From Eledone cirrhosa (lineage: Eukaryota): a stretch of DNA of 64,000 nt. The stretch lies in the NCBI GenBank assembly GCA_964016885.1, contig OZ024741.1:238452001-238516000 (forward strand). Reading direction: 5' to 3'. This document shows positions 36,797 to 51,425 of the stretch, one piece after another (positions within the stretch are counted from its first letter, which is position 1; every line of letters begins with the position of its first letter). The translations under genes and the position numbers were made by a program. The notes below the pieces were generated by a model, which saw only the letters and a program-made list of their open reading frames with translations, was not told the origin of the DNA and made no database searches.

Positions 36797-37832
36797 ATGC
36801 TCAGGTGCACTACAACTCATCAAAGGTGCATGCATAGTACATAGAATAATGTACAAATGTCAGGAAAGTGAATAGTGTATGAGTTATGATATACATGTGT
36901 GCATGTCTATGGAGGGGGAATATTAGGTGTAGTGTTGGCGAATCTCAGGAAGCCTGGAGGTTTTAAAGGATGCAGTGTCTCAACAGCTAACAACTGATGC
37001 AGGTAGTTTGTTCCATGCTTCAGCAACTCTGAGCGTGAAAAAATATTTCCGAAAGTCATGGGAGCTGTGCTGTTTTCTGACTTTGTTGGCATGCCCACGT
37101 GTGTTAGAACATGGAAATCAAAAAGGTACTCAGGGTTGTTGTTGGCAAGATGGTTAATAATTTTGTGGGTGTTTACCAAGTCAGTTGCCAGACGTCGGAG
37201 CTTCAATGTATCCATGCCCAGGGAAGTAAGGCGTTCAGAATATGTTAGATGCTTGATGGAGGGTATTTGCTTGGTTGCACATCTCTGAACAGTTTCTAGG
37301 CCATCAATGTTCTGAGCAAGATAGGAGTTCCAGACTGGAGATGCAAATTCTAAGTGTGGCCACACCATAGCTATATACAGATTTAAATAGATAGCTGGAG
37401 AGTGGCTGACAAAGGTCTTGCTGAATGATGCTAAGGCACCCTCTGCCTTCTTGACAATTTTAAAAGTGTGCTTCGTCCAATGCAAATCGCTGCTGACAGT
37501 AATGCCCAGGTCACATTCACAAGAAAACTTCTTGATATTAGTGTTGTGGAGGGAGTATGTGGATGCTGGGTTTTTACTCCCAAAATGCATGGTGGTACAC
37601 TTGTCCACAGCTAGCTTGAGTTGCCAGTCCATTGTTGCACTGTGTCCAGGTCAGATTGCAGGCAAGATCTATAGTGTTCAGGATCTGTCCTTTTTATCTT
37701 AAGGTACAGCTTGATGTCATCTGCATATTTCAGGACTGTGGCATTCTTTAAGTTGGCATCTATATCATTAATATATGCAACAAACAAAAGGGAGCCAAGA
37801 ACAGATCCCTGTGGCACACCAGATGACATCTT
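36797..37832 (-). mobile_element. 5'-truncated CR1-clade LINE upstream of P4
   Basis: ORFs 37611-37829 (SGVPQGSVLG, KYADDIK) and 36907-37632; frameshifted. Confidence 0.92.
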
Positions 37833-39316
37833 ATACTCACTACAATACGATTTTGAAGTACACAGTGTTCCACTATTATCTAGTTTGGTCTTTTGTGCTT
37901 GAAAACTGTATTATAGTGTTCACTATCAGTTACTGTAAAAGAGTTTTTTTTCTTAGTGTCATCTACATCTGATAGCTAAGCACTGATCTTGAATGTGATA
38001 TGGCTATTAATTATTGCGGTTATTTTGATGTATTCTGTATTATTTTATGATGGGTAGGAGTGTTACTGTTTTAGGAAAAAACATACTAATATTGTTCTTG
38101 CTTGATGTTTAATTATTTTTATGTATGTTTGTATGTTTGAAGATATAAACATGCATGTGTATGTGTTGTAATGGACTATTGATGAAACATAATCCCCCAT
38201 ATGTTAATGTGATCTTTTTAGTTTTAATGTTTCTGTATGTTTTGTTTTTTAATAACATTTGGTAATATAAAATGTGTTATTTGTTTAAGTCTAGAGGACG
38301 ATAAATAAAGTTCCTAGCCAGAACTGACAGAATACTTGATGCTATTTGTGATTGATTGAAAACTAATGTGCATTTATTTAAATATAATTTCAGCTGAATA
38401 AAGGTTGTGTGTGTATATCATGTACTTAATGATCATCACAATTTATTTTTTAATGTTTGTATATCTACAAATATCAAAAATACAGTCAAGATGATTTACA
38501 CTGTATAAATTTGATTTACAAATCAAATGTGTACCAGTTCAATTAAGTAGTAGTAATGAAATAGTACTAATCAATGAGGAAATATTTATGGGGATTCATA
38601 TATATGTTAGTATACATAAACCTCGTTACTTCATAAAAAGGGCAACAACATGATATCAAATGTCTTTCAAATAAAAGTTTTCATTTAACTCTTATTGAAA
38701 ATATAGAAACTTTAATTTGCTTGTATTAGTGAGTAAAACGAAAGTAACTAACATATAATATTCATCATCATCATCATTTAACGCCCATTTTTTCTGAATT
38801 ATATTTATGAGAAGTAGAGCAAAGTTATTTGATTCACAGAGTAGTTAACAATATATTTGCAGTGAAATATACTAGTTCATTACTGTATATTTTGATATTA
38901 GGAATCATTTACAAGCAGTCCTTATGTCCTCTTTAATTAATACATGATTCAACTGGAGAGAAATAATATTAATAATATTCTGTTTAAACAGACTTAGAGA
39001 AATATTATATTAAATAATAATATATATATAAGTTATAGCAATATATATGAAATTATATAATTAAATACAATAAATTGACAGATCTCTATTTGTGTAATGG
39101 TTGCTGTTAAATATATCTTTCTTCACAAATGTTACTATGGTAGTAGTAATTTTTCCTAGTAATGGCTACATCATTCTATGACTCTCTCCATTTTCTAGTC
39201 TACAGATGTGCATTATTATAAAATGCACGATTGTACATTATCTATTTCTTATAAATGAATATGAAATATATATTGCCAATATATTTAATATAACATGGTA
39301 ATGTAAAGAGACTTAC

Positions 39317-39484
39317 CTACATTGTTTAATCCTTTGTTTGTGTCTCTTACAGAAGACATTTATTCTGACATAGTGTTCCAGTGTAACTGCTGCTGTTGTA
39401 GTGTGACAATGCCAGTTTCATGATGGTATAAATTTGTGAGTCATAGTAGGAGCCAACTACACTACAGAAGATTTTTATTTATCT
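39317..39484 (-). promoter_or_regulatory. Conserved module X4: putative promoter/first exon of P4
   Basis: TGACTCA at 39437-39443; donor AG|GTAAGT. Confidence 0.65.
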
Positions 39485-40255
39485 GGGCATATTGAATTTC
39501 TTTAAATATATTTTATTCGATGAATAAACTATTTAATAATGAAATTTACATAAGTATTTTTGATGTATATTAAACTACATTATAAGATATATAAGTAATA
39601 ATTACCTTTTGTACATGGATATGTACAGCACACTAACATATGTGCACACGCACATGTACATATTCATGAATTGAATTCTGCAGTATGTAAAACATTAACT
39701 TCTAACCTTCTTGGCGATTTCATAAGATATATTGTAGAAGGATTAAACCACAAAATATTTATTTAGGTTAAATATTTTATAGATTTTCTGCAATTTTTTC
39801 TGTTATTTTAAAAATAATTTTAATAATAATTTATATTGTAATAATTGAAATGATTAAGTATTTCAGAATATTAAAGATGGTAGCATAAATTGTAGCTTGT
39901 TGGAATAATTTTATTCTAGAAGTGTTGTTTCTCTAATCTTCAGACTGCTGATTATATGATGCTAAAAGTCCTTGTTCCACTATTGACACCAGTAATATAC
40001 ACATAAGAATTGAAATTACTATATCATTTTCCTTGTACATTTTGGCCGAGTGTATGATCAATATAAACCAACAATGACATTTGAGAATATTTTGAATTTA
40101 AATTATTTAATTAATAGAGATTTAATGAAAACATTTGCTAATAGATATTTCTCAGTGTATGAGTTTGGATTAATTATTTGCCAATTATTCTTATTTTATT
40201 TAAACACAGAAGCAACATCCTGGGAAAGGAATTGTAGTTGTTAACATTGTGTTTA

Positions 40256-40344
40256 CTATTTTTTATATATTGGTTCTAGATATGTATCTTGTTCATGTTC
40301 ACCTTTTGGTGTTGGTGGGATATTTGGTGTATAGTTACTGTATT
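40256..40344 (-). CDS. Pcdh: P5 terminal coding exon 3
   Basis: 89 nt from acceptor to TAG. Confidence 0.9.
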
Positions 40345-41182
40345 CTGGAAAATAGAAAAACATTATGAATAGTATTTAAAACATATAGATTTCTTAATGT
40401 ATTATGTTATGAAAAGAAAAGAAAAACTTTTTTCTAAATTAATACTACATTTTTGTATTATATATATATACATTTTTAAAATTCAGTTTTATGTAACTTT
40501 TAAATTTTTAAAGAATTTATCATCATTACTATTTAACGACTATTTTTCATGCTTGCCTGGGTGAGGCAGGTTGTTATGTTTTGAGTCTAGACTAGGCAGA
40601 TGACCATGTCTTGTCCATATATTCCATTTTAGGCTTGGCTTCTTCAGGAGGATACCCTTCCTCATACCAACCACCTCACAGTGTGTTCCGGGAACATTGT
40701 TTGGTGACTTGGGAGAGGAAGCATCAAGTCAATTAGCTTGGAGAGAATGAGTAGTCCCTGTCAGTAGATTGGAAGGTGTGTCTGGCTTTCCATGCTGGCA
40801 TGTATTGAGCAAGGAATTGAATCAAGTATATGGGTAGGAATAAAGGGGGGGGGCACACATCTTTCTTTCATGCTGACATGGGTTATTTAGGTAAATAAAT
40901 TGGGGAGAGGTTGGATGGGAAGGGGAGCACAATATGGGTGGGGTAGGAACACTTCTTTTTCTTTCTGTACTTTTTTTATCCAGCTGTCATTTTCCATATG
41001 CATCAGATGTCCAAACTATTGTAGTCGTCTCTCTTGTATATTGCATCTAATCCATTTTATCTTTCCTCTGATTATTTTATATGACACATTTATATTACAA
41101 TAAGAAAGGTTAATGTTATAAATATGATAGAATCGTATGAGTGTGCTTATAAGAAATTAATATTCACTGTTTAGTAAATTAC

Positions 41183-41327
41183 CTGATGTCTGTTGTGTAA
41201 TATCTCCTTCACTCCATCCACGTTTATGTTCTCTCTGAGATGGTAATGTATCACTGAGGTTATTTGATGTCACAGTACTACCATCTTGAATTTGCTCACA
41301 AGGCCCATCTAATTGCTTATTATAGAT
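41183..41327 (-). CDS. Pcdh: P5 cytoplasmic exon 2 (IYNKQLDGPCEQIQDGSTVTSNNLSDTLPSQREHKRGWSEGDITQQTS)
   Basis: 145 nt, AG/GT boundaries, lies within ORF 41157..41345. Confidence 0.9.
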
Positions 41328-43094
41328 CTGTAATTCAAATAACAAAACTTTAGATACATATTTGAGAGTTTACAATACATATAAGGATTTTGTTAGAAAA
41401 CCAGACAAATTTGTAATTTGAGTAAATCAATTATACATTCAAATATATAAATATATGTGTGTGTGTGTCTGTCTGTCTACTATATTTTCTGATATATAAT
41501 TATCAAATACAAGTTAATGACAGGGACCTCATCTCTTTACTCTATTCTTCATTTCCATAGTCTATACAAATCATCTCAATACTCTGCAACTAGTCTCTAT
41601 GCTCTATAATCCAACTCATCTCTATACCCCACTTTACTCTATATTTCAGCTAATCTCTATATGTCTTTGTAGATGTGTTGCCGAAACACTTTTCAGTTAA
41701 CATGTATTTATGATGTTGCATTTCTTGGATATGAGATAATAATATGCATTGAGGTAAATTTGAAAAGTACACAGAGTTAGTCTTAGAATTATTGTGCTAT
41801 TTGAATCCTTGGTTAAACTTGAGCAAATACACTTAATTTGTTGTTGTTTTTTAGCCCCAGGTCAACTTCAAATGAGCTGACCAATAATGGACATTCCAAA
41901 TATAGCCATCATATCTTTTACATTATCCAATTTGCCCTTCTATAAAATAATGTATAAAAATTATCTGAATCTGGTAAAATTATTGTATATAATAAAATCT
42001 ACAATTAGGTTTGTTTGAAAGAAACGTTTCTCCAATGATATGTAAATGTGAAAACAAAGTGTTTATCTGAGAAATAACTACTAGAAAGTATTGCAACTGG
42101 AGAATTAAAATGGAACATTACAAGTGAGTATAAAATAAATAGAGGTCTTGAGAAAATATTGATACTAGAATAAAACGGAAATACCCCCACAGAAATCTGA
42201 AGATGAAAATAATTGTTTCCAAAGGAAACTGGATAAAATATTCAGTAGAGACGCCTAACCAATAAACCCAATCTGTGCATTGTATTCATGTTACATTGTA
42301 TCTATGTTGCATACAAAGATAAATATAAACATTCAGTTATTAATATGAGCTTCCAACATTTGAGTAACCTTGAAAACCTGTGGATTTAAATGAAATGGTA
42401 ACTTTGAAATAAATTCCAAATGTCCAAACTAGCCAGATGTAGTTTTAATGTTATCCACACAATATTGACTTATTTCTTCACAGCATATATTACATGTTTA
42501 TATCAGAGTGCCTTGATTTGAGATGGTGTTTTGAAATTAAAACAATTACTGTATAGAGTCATTTTAGCCATATAATACCACACAATATCTGTAAATTCCA
42601 GTGGATATATATAACCTTATTTCCTAGTTTCAAAATTTTCATCACAGGAAATAATTATATATATATAAAAAAATAGTGTTAACAGTTTTTGTGTGCCTTT
42701 AGTTAAAATGATACTTCAGTGCAGAAATTGCTCATGATCTATTTTGATAATTCAACTACTAGGTGACCAGTAGTTACAAAGAGATATATCATGAAATTCT
42801 AGGCAAACCTTATGATATTTACTTTAGTATGGATGTCATTGAACCTTTGAGGTAACAACAATCTTTCAAAACATTGCGTTTAAAAATGCTGAAATATTTG
42901 TCGCTGGTTCTGTACATCACACCGGAAAACCTGTTTTCATAAACATTGTTTCCCAAGATCCGAACACATTGAAAATAAATTTTACTTTCATTATTGAATC
43001 ATATCATAATAATATAATAATAAATGATAATGATATAATTAAATGCAAAAACAATACAAATATTACAAGAGAGATGAACATATTATATAGGTAC

Positions 43095-45503
43095 TTGTGG
43101 AACTGGTGGAAGTCTTCTGGGTGTTGTTGAGAATTTCCATTCATTAGTTAACTGCTCCATCTCTGGATAATAAGGACTTTTAGGGTTTATTGACTGAAGA
43201 TTTCTAGCAAATATATCGTCTGCATTTCTGGTTATTGCAACAGGATTGTTGGTGTGATACAGTATTTGTCTCATCTCAGTCGGAGATAGGAATTTTGGAT
43301 TATCTGTTGTTGTAGGTGAGTTATTGGTGTGATTAATACATCTGAAAACACACAGTGTTATTGACACTACAATAGCCACAGATATTATTACAGCTGCTGC
43401 TACAATGATAATTACCCAAGTCATATTGAGGTTGTTACCAGTCTGTAAGTGGACTGCAGTCAACATTGGAGATGTATCATTACTAACAAACAGTGTTAGT
43501 ATGATAGCAGTTGTTACTGATTGAACTGGAGTACCACCATCTTTCACTATAAACTGTAGGTCATATGTTCCTGCATCATTTTGGTAAACTGTCCGAGAGA
43601 AAGATAAGACACCAGTATGGGAGTTGACTGTAAACAGGTTTTTATCATTAGATCTCAGTATTCCATATGTGAGGAAAGCATTGTTTCCAGTGTCTTTGTC
43701 AGAAGCTTTCAGAATTGTGATGTCTTTCTTACTGTGTGGATCATAGTGGACATCTAGATTGTAAGGGTCATTAATAGGAAAGGTAAAATAGGGATCATTA
43801 TCATTTTTATCTAGAATCTCAATAACAATATTGGCAGTGTTATTCAGAGAAGGTGTTCCATTATCTTTGACTAAAACCTGGAAGTTATAGATGTCTTTTA
43901 CTTCCCGATCTATTGATTGTGATGTAGAAATAAATCCATTTTTTGTAAGTTGGAAAGGAATGTTATGATTGTTGTTATCATTGATGATAGAATATGTAAG
44001 TTGACCTCCATCTTCAAGATCAGGGTCTGTAGCATTGATGAAGCCAATAGGGAAGTCAACTTTCTGGTTTTCATAGGTGAGGAATTGGAATGTATCTTTG
44101 GTAAAATGTGGCTGTACATCATTAACATCAGTTACTTTCACTGAGAATTGTTTCTTAGTCTTTAATGGAGGTGATCCCATGTCATGACATACAATAGATA
44201 CAACATAGTGATCTATAGTTTCTCTATCAAGAGGTTCTTTCACCAATATTTTATATTCTTTAGAACCCATATTAGAAAGTTGAAACATTTTATGTTGAAT
44301 ATTACATTTAATTTGTCCATTGGGACCACTATCTGTGTCAAATACCATAACATAAGCTATAAAACTTCCAATTTTACTTGCTTCTGAAATAGCTGTAGAG
44401 GTTTCTGTTAAAGGAGACACAAAATCAATATTTATATTTGGAATATTATTTTGATTGTTAATTACATTAACAGTTAACATTGTTTTGGACCTTAATGAAG
44501 GATTTCCACCATCTCTGGCTTCAATATATAATTGGTATTTACTTTCTCTATTTCTAAAGAAGTTATCATTGATGAAAATTTCTCCAGTTTGGGAATTTAA
44601 GTTGAAATGTCTTCTTGCATATTCATTTGTATTTCTATGTAAATAGTAGGTGATATTTCCATTTTGACCAGAATCTAAATCTGTAGCTGATAAAACAAAC
44701 ACAGGAGAAGATATGTGATGTGTATCACTGATAGTGATATTGTATCTTTTTTGGGTAAAAGCAGGTCTGTTATCATTGACATCAGTAACAGATATTTTTA
44801 TGCTTAGAATTCCCTCTTTTGGGGGGGAACCTCCATCTTTAGCAATCAATTGTAACATGTAGGTGTCTTTTAATTCTCTGTCTAATTTTTCTTCAAGCAT
44901 TATTTCTAGTACATTTATTCCCTCAGATTCTTTAAATATGGACAGTAAGAATTTTTTACCTTTATCTTTCAGTTTATATGTGATGTTAGAATTGAGAACA
45001 CCAATGTCTTTATCAACAGCATTTGGTATTGATTTTGTTGATCCTTTAGCTTCTGTTTCACCAAATTCTATTTTAGTTAGATCTTCAAAAAATTCTGGTG
45101 AATGGTCATTGATGTCTTTAATAAATATTTTTACCTTCAATATTTTTATAAATGTTTCTTCTTTCCTCACTGCTACTTTAACCATTCTGGAACATTCTTT
45201 GTTATATGTACACAGTGTTTCAGCATCCAGTGTCTGTGTAGTGTATAGCTTTCCTGTGTTGGTGACATTGAATAAGTGAGAACCACTAGACACTGTCCTT
45301 TGTAGTTGTGTAAATGTAATGAGAGTGTGTTGTTGATGTGTAAGAGAGTGTGTTAAGTTAGAATCAACAGCAATGTTTCCTATATATGTGTGAGGACTGT
45401 CTTCTTCATTGACATGGTAAGTGATGTCTATAGTCACAACAGAATATATCAGTCCATAGAGAAGGTAAAACTGTAAGATGTTGATTATAATCATTGTCAC
45501 CAT
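43095..45503 (-). CDS. Pcdh: Protocadherin P5, large coding exon
   Basis: 806-aa ORF, 6 cadherin repeats plus TM; donor CAA|GTACCT; acceptor tttcgttttag at 45533-45534. Confidence 0.96.
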
Positions 45504-45854
45504 TCATTATTATAATTCATAAATCTGTACATCTAAAACGAAATATAAAAATATTAGTTTAATCATGTACTTATATTATAGTTGCAAAATGTATATAAGA
45601 ATTTTAAATGTTGTTATATCTGTTTGGAAAATATTTGAAATTTGTAGAACAGTAGGTTAATTTGTTAATGTGAAACAAAAGCTGAATCAATATAAGTAAT
45701 GACTGAATGGATTTTATCAATGATATCTTTGCCTCGTATGTATATGTTACACTACCATATTGCCCATTCATATCACACAAAATCGATAAAACTATGTCGC
45801 CACTAGCTCTAATTGGATTTTAAAATTAAAATATATATATATATGTAAAAGGTA

Positions 45855-46015
45855 AACAGAAATAACAACACAATCGGTACAGTATATGGAAGGGATATAT
45901 TAGGTTAACGCTTGATATAGCAGGAAGAGGGTCTTAATGTTTCGGACGCTAATCCTTCATCAGAAGAAAGTATGAGAAATAAGACAGATTGAGGGGACGG
46001 CTGGGTTGGAATTGG

Positions 46016-46020
<5 letters not shown>
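45855..46020. mobile_element. Probable Penelope-like element remnant
   Basis: gtttcggacgctaatccttcatcag resembles PLE terminal repeats; flanked by (TA)n. Confidence 0.35.
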
Positions 46021-46058
<38 letters not shown>

Positions 46059-46349
46059 CAGACAGATAGATATCTTTATTATAAACTTATAATCATCATT
46101 TCATCATCATCTTCATTTAACGTCCATCTTCCACGCTAGCATTGGTTAATTTTAGATATTTGTAAAACATGCATAGTATGAAGGAGAGTAAATTACTGCT
46201 GCATTTAACAGTACTTTAGACTGTCAACATAGAGAAAACGTTGTAAAGGTAGACACATGATTGTCACATAAGACAATCTGAATAGAGAAGGGACTGCCTT
46301 TGCAACTAGATTATAGATAGTTAACTAAAAAGGAATTGTGTCTGTGAAG

Positions 46350-46532
46350 TTTTGGGGTTAGAAATGACTAGAGATCTGAACCAATCTGGATGCGATTAAG
46401 GAAAATCTCCAGAGGCTCATCTTGCAGGATGCAGAGGGCCTGGCACAGGACCACAAGTGATAGAGAGCACTGGTGGACCTGGTCAGCTCTATGCATGATG
46501 ACACTTCTGTGACCACTGAGCAAGAGCAATAG
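46350..46532 (+). mobile_element. RTE-like LINE 3' tail (family of 6200-7345)
   Basis: ctggtggacctggtcagctctatgca...gagcaagagcaa matches the reverse complement of 6210-6350. Confidence 0.65.
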
Positions 46533-47282
46533 ATATATATGATATCATTTTTTAGGAACAAAGTGTTGGGGTATAGGGTCCAGCAGAAGTGTTATAGCAT
46601 CGAACAAAATACATTGAATGATTTAGTTTGGGTTGTGTGTTTGAGTTAAAATTCTACCAATATGAGTTTGCCTTTTATGTTCAGTAAAGTAAAATAGTAG
46701 TCAACTAGTGAAGTTGATATAATCAACTGTTTGCTATCTTATTTTGCCGTTGTAAAAAATCATTGTTTTATTATTTTTCTTTTGATTAACCTATTTTACC
46801 AATGGAAATTGCTGAAGCTTCAATTTCCAATACAGTTATAAAAAAAAAAAAAAATTCCAATCATTGCTTCTATTTTACATGCAAGTGAGATTGATCTTCC
46901 TAGAATTTAAAAAAAATCATTTTTATTGGTATAATAATGTTACATATTTTATATATTCCATTTATATAGTCACTCAGTTTGCTGAATGTAATGGCAAAAT
47001 ATCTTTTAAAATACATATACTGTTTTTAATATGGTAATTACATGTTAAATAGCTTAAATGAGATGGTTGTTGTTGCAATACTGACCACTATTGGAGTTGA
47101 AACCAAGTTAATTAGTGAACATTTTATATCCAACTTCTATGGATACTGGAACTTTAGGGGCAATGTAGAAACATATATCTATATTCAAGTAGAGCTGATC
47201 ACAGCTCTTCAACCAAAATAACAATACATTACTTTAGTGATATGACACTGCTTCTCATTATATAGACAAGTTCTAATTTCAT

Positions 47283-47297
47283 AGAGTTATCCCCCTT
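47283..47297 (-). promoter_or_regulatory. Conserved upstream element AAGGGGGATAACTCT (P5)
   Basis: Motif match; weak flank homology (tatgtaagg, taactaa-gcac) to the P1 block. Confidence 0.45.
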
Positions 47298-47807
47298 TTC
47301 AATCTATATTTCCTTGTAAAATTTGAAGTTGATCCATATATGTAAGGCGATTGAAGAAATATTTCATTCACTTGAAATATTTCAGTTGCCTTATAACTAA
47401 AGCACATTATCAAATATTTGTCTTCTAAAATGTATTTCTTCATTTCGTGATGAAATAGGGACCTTGTCAGATTTATCTGTTAACTGCTACTGAAATTATT
47501 TGTTTAGAATAAGAAATTATTTATTCAGTTCAATAAAATGAGATAAATATATTAAAAAAATTATATGCTTGTAATATTTAGATTATTTTAGTTATTGTTG
47601 TGAATGCTTGATCATCAATTCTAAAACATACGTATCGCACAGACATAGTTGATGGTTTGTTCTGTTTAGCCATTAGGGGGAAAATGAAAAGAAATTTATA
47701 ATTCACACTTATGCAAGTTTAGCTGGCCCCCTAAAAAATTGCATCTCATAGGAGGTTGCTCAGGTGTTCTAATGATAGTCATCAATCCTATCATGAGAAA
47801 CACATGA

Positions 47808-47905
47808 ATGAAGCGCCTTATTCAAGAACACAATGCATCACTTGGCTTGAGAATCAAACCTATGACGTTATGATTGTGAGACCAGCACCCTAACCACTAG
47901 GCCAC
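47808..47905 (-). mobile_element. tRNA-derived SINE 5' part (second family)
   Basis: Reverse strand reads GTGGCCTAGTGGTTAGGGTGCTGG...GGTTTGATTCTC...TTGTGTTCTTGAATAAGGCGCTT. Confidence 0.7.
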
Positions 47906-49408
47906 AGAGTACATTGAAAAATCATGTCATTCTTTTTTACTAGAGAAAGGGGTTGTGCCCATGGCTATTACTGGCTATATGTATTTTATGTTTGTTTGTA
48001 ACATATGGAGAAGGGGAGAGGTAATAACTGTTTCTACTTTAGGCACAAGGTAATAACATTACGAAAAGAGTGTTGTGGTGTAGTTCTTGTAGGTAATTTC
48101 TTATTTTTTTAATGCTTTGTCTTAGATCTTTAAAGATGTAGTAGCAAGAATTTTGGCATTTGGAGTGGATAGTAGTCTCAAAATATGGACTGTAATTTTG
48201 TAAGAGATTTTGGTAGATGCTGTAATTGTTTGAAACCCAATGTATTGGTTTATTTCTTGTTTCTGGTATGTTGTGTTCATGAGTATTTCTAGTGTAATTA
48301 ATTATCTATGTATTTTGGTGACAAACATTATATTAAAAATTTAAATTATATTTTGTGAAATTAAATATTAAATTACTTTTGAAGTTATACATCTTACATA
48401 AAATATACCAATGATTTTTAAAAAGGAATGATAAGATGAGGATAATGATTGTCTTTTACAATTTGTTGTTCTTATCTAAATGATATGAGGAGATAATGAA
48501 ACCTTAATCTCCTTATATTACAGAGAAAAATAAAGTGATGGAAAATGTCACGAAAGAAATGTCAAAAATACAATATTTTCATATTTCTAAAAGTGTAATC
48601 TTTAGATTACACTTCTGTTAAAATTCATATTTTTAATAGGGTAACATCTTGAAAAATCTAAATATTTATGTAGGTAGTTGGTTCATTGAGCATTTTAAGA
48701 ATATATTTTTACTTCTGATTTTAAATTTCCCAAAGTGTACAAAATATTTATTAGCCAAGAAAAAATAATGATAGCGAATAGAAACTGGAAGTTAGTATTA
48801 AAAAAAACTATATTTAGTAATCAAAATCATTGACTCTATTGAATGAAAATATAGTTATTATACATGTATGTATAATATTATTAATACAATATACATCGTT
48901 AAATTAAGATGTATTTTCTCATAAAATTTTACATTATTTTAAAAGAACAAAAATATTGTAAATCAATATGTGATGTAATAAATATTGTAAAATATTGGTT
49001 ATAGATAGAAATTAATTCAAGAACTTAATTTCTACAATTGGTAATTATTATTTTAGTATCAATAAAGACATATTTATTAATAACGAATTAAACTGCTTAA
49101 ACTTCATAATACCAACAGTAAATTGAAAATGAGATATTTGTCATATGTTGAAAATATACTATTCAAATAATTTTAGTTGACAGATCAAAAATTTTGTTTA
49201 ATGGTAATTGTCAAAGATATCTTTGTTCTAGAAGTGACTATACTATTTTAGTAGCTAATCTTGATAATGGAGGAATGGATGTTTCTCCATTTTCTCATTA
49301 ATATGTATTCCTCTTGCAGATGTAGACAGTTTTATCTGTTATCCAATTCACCTACCTCAATATATTATCTAAATAATTAATGTAAAATTGCAGTGTAAAA
49401 AGACTTAC

Positions 49409-49576
49409 CTATTTTGTTTACTCCTTTGTTCTTGCCTCTTATAGAAGGCATTCATCATGGCGGAGTGATCCAGTGTAACTGCTGCTGTAGTAGTGCCACA
49501 ATAGCAGTATCTTAATGGTATAGATTTATGAGTCATGGAGAGATGATAGTTTCATTTTAAAGAATTTTATTTATCG
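49409..49576 (-). promoter_or_regulatory. Conserved module X5 (most divergent): putative promoter/first exon of P5
   Basis: Many substitutions, but TGACTCA (49529-49535), CAGCAGCAGTTACACTGGA, donor and spacing are retained. Confidence 0.6.
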
Positions 49577-50213
49577 ATATATATTGTATAGACCACATTA
49601 AAATTACTTTTCACTGTGACTGAAGTTTATATAATGAGTATTTCATTTTGATCTATAGAAAAACATAGTTTATATCCAATTATGTTCCCTAAAGATGAAT
49701 GAGTATGTGCTCATATGTGTGTGCTCATATATATATATATATATATATATATTCATGCACATACAAACACTCATGTTTTAATTTCTATACTTAACAGCTA
49801 CCTCACAATAATTCTTACATTAAATGTTGAACCACAAAGTGATTACTCCTTTAAAGTAATGTAAAATTGTAGAATTTCCTTTAATCATATTAATATAATT
49901 TTATTATCTATTTATAATTTTAAAGTAAGTGTAAAATAACCACTAATATTTTACTATTTAAAAACTAGTAGACATTGATAGTAAATAGTGATCTTTCACC
50001 CAAGATCAATAAAATAATATTGGTGTGAATCTAAACACATATACACACACCCATTATATGCTCTTAAGTATTGTCACATTTGTGAATATTTATGATTTCA
50101 ATTATTTTTGTTTTTATCTTAAACATAGTTTCCATGTAAATAATTGTAGTTATTTAATATATATATATACTAGAAAAGGGAAGTAAGGTTCTATAGAAAA
50201 CAGTGGATATAGG

Positions 50214-50950
<737 letters not shown>

Positions 50951-51336
50951 GCTATATTATTTGATGAATGTCACCCCACTGTTGATCAATATGCGCATAT
51001 GTTTTATGTGTCTCTTGGGTTGAAAAGGAGGTCAAGTATGTTATAAATAGTTGCTCCGAAGAATCCAAACCTCGGTTTGGAGGAAACAATTGTAAGCAAA
51101 TAAATGACTTAAACTGAACTTTGATTACTGTAATCTCTATAATCTCTATATATATTTATATATATATATTATTAATTAGTTGATTTTATTGTGAATGTTT
51201 GATAGCAAATGATATCTATTTTAATACTATAATCAGTAATTTTCTAATTATATTGAAATGGAATGATGATGTTAAATATCAATGTAAATTAAGATTTTGT
51301 ATCGTAAAAATTGGAATTTTGTTAATTTTCAGTTTA

Positions 51337-51425
51337 CTATTTCTTATATATTGGTTCTAGATATGTATCTTGTTCATGTTCCCCTTTTGGTGTTGGTGGT
51401 ATATTTGGTGTGTAGTTACTGTATT
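51337..51425 (-). CDS. Pcdh: P6 terminal coding exon 3
   Basis: 89 nt from acceptor to TAG, same peptide. Confidence 0.9.
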
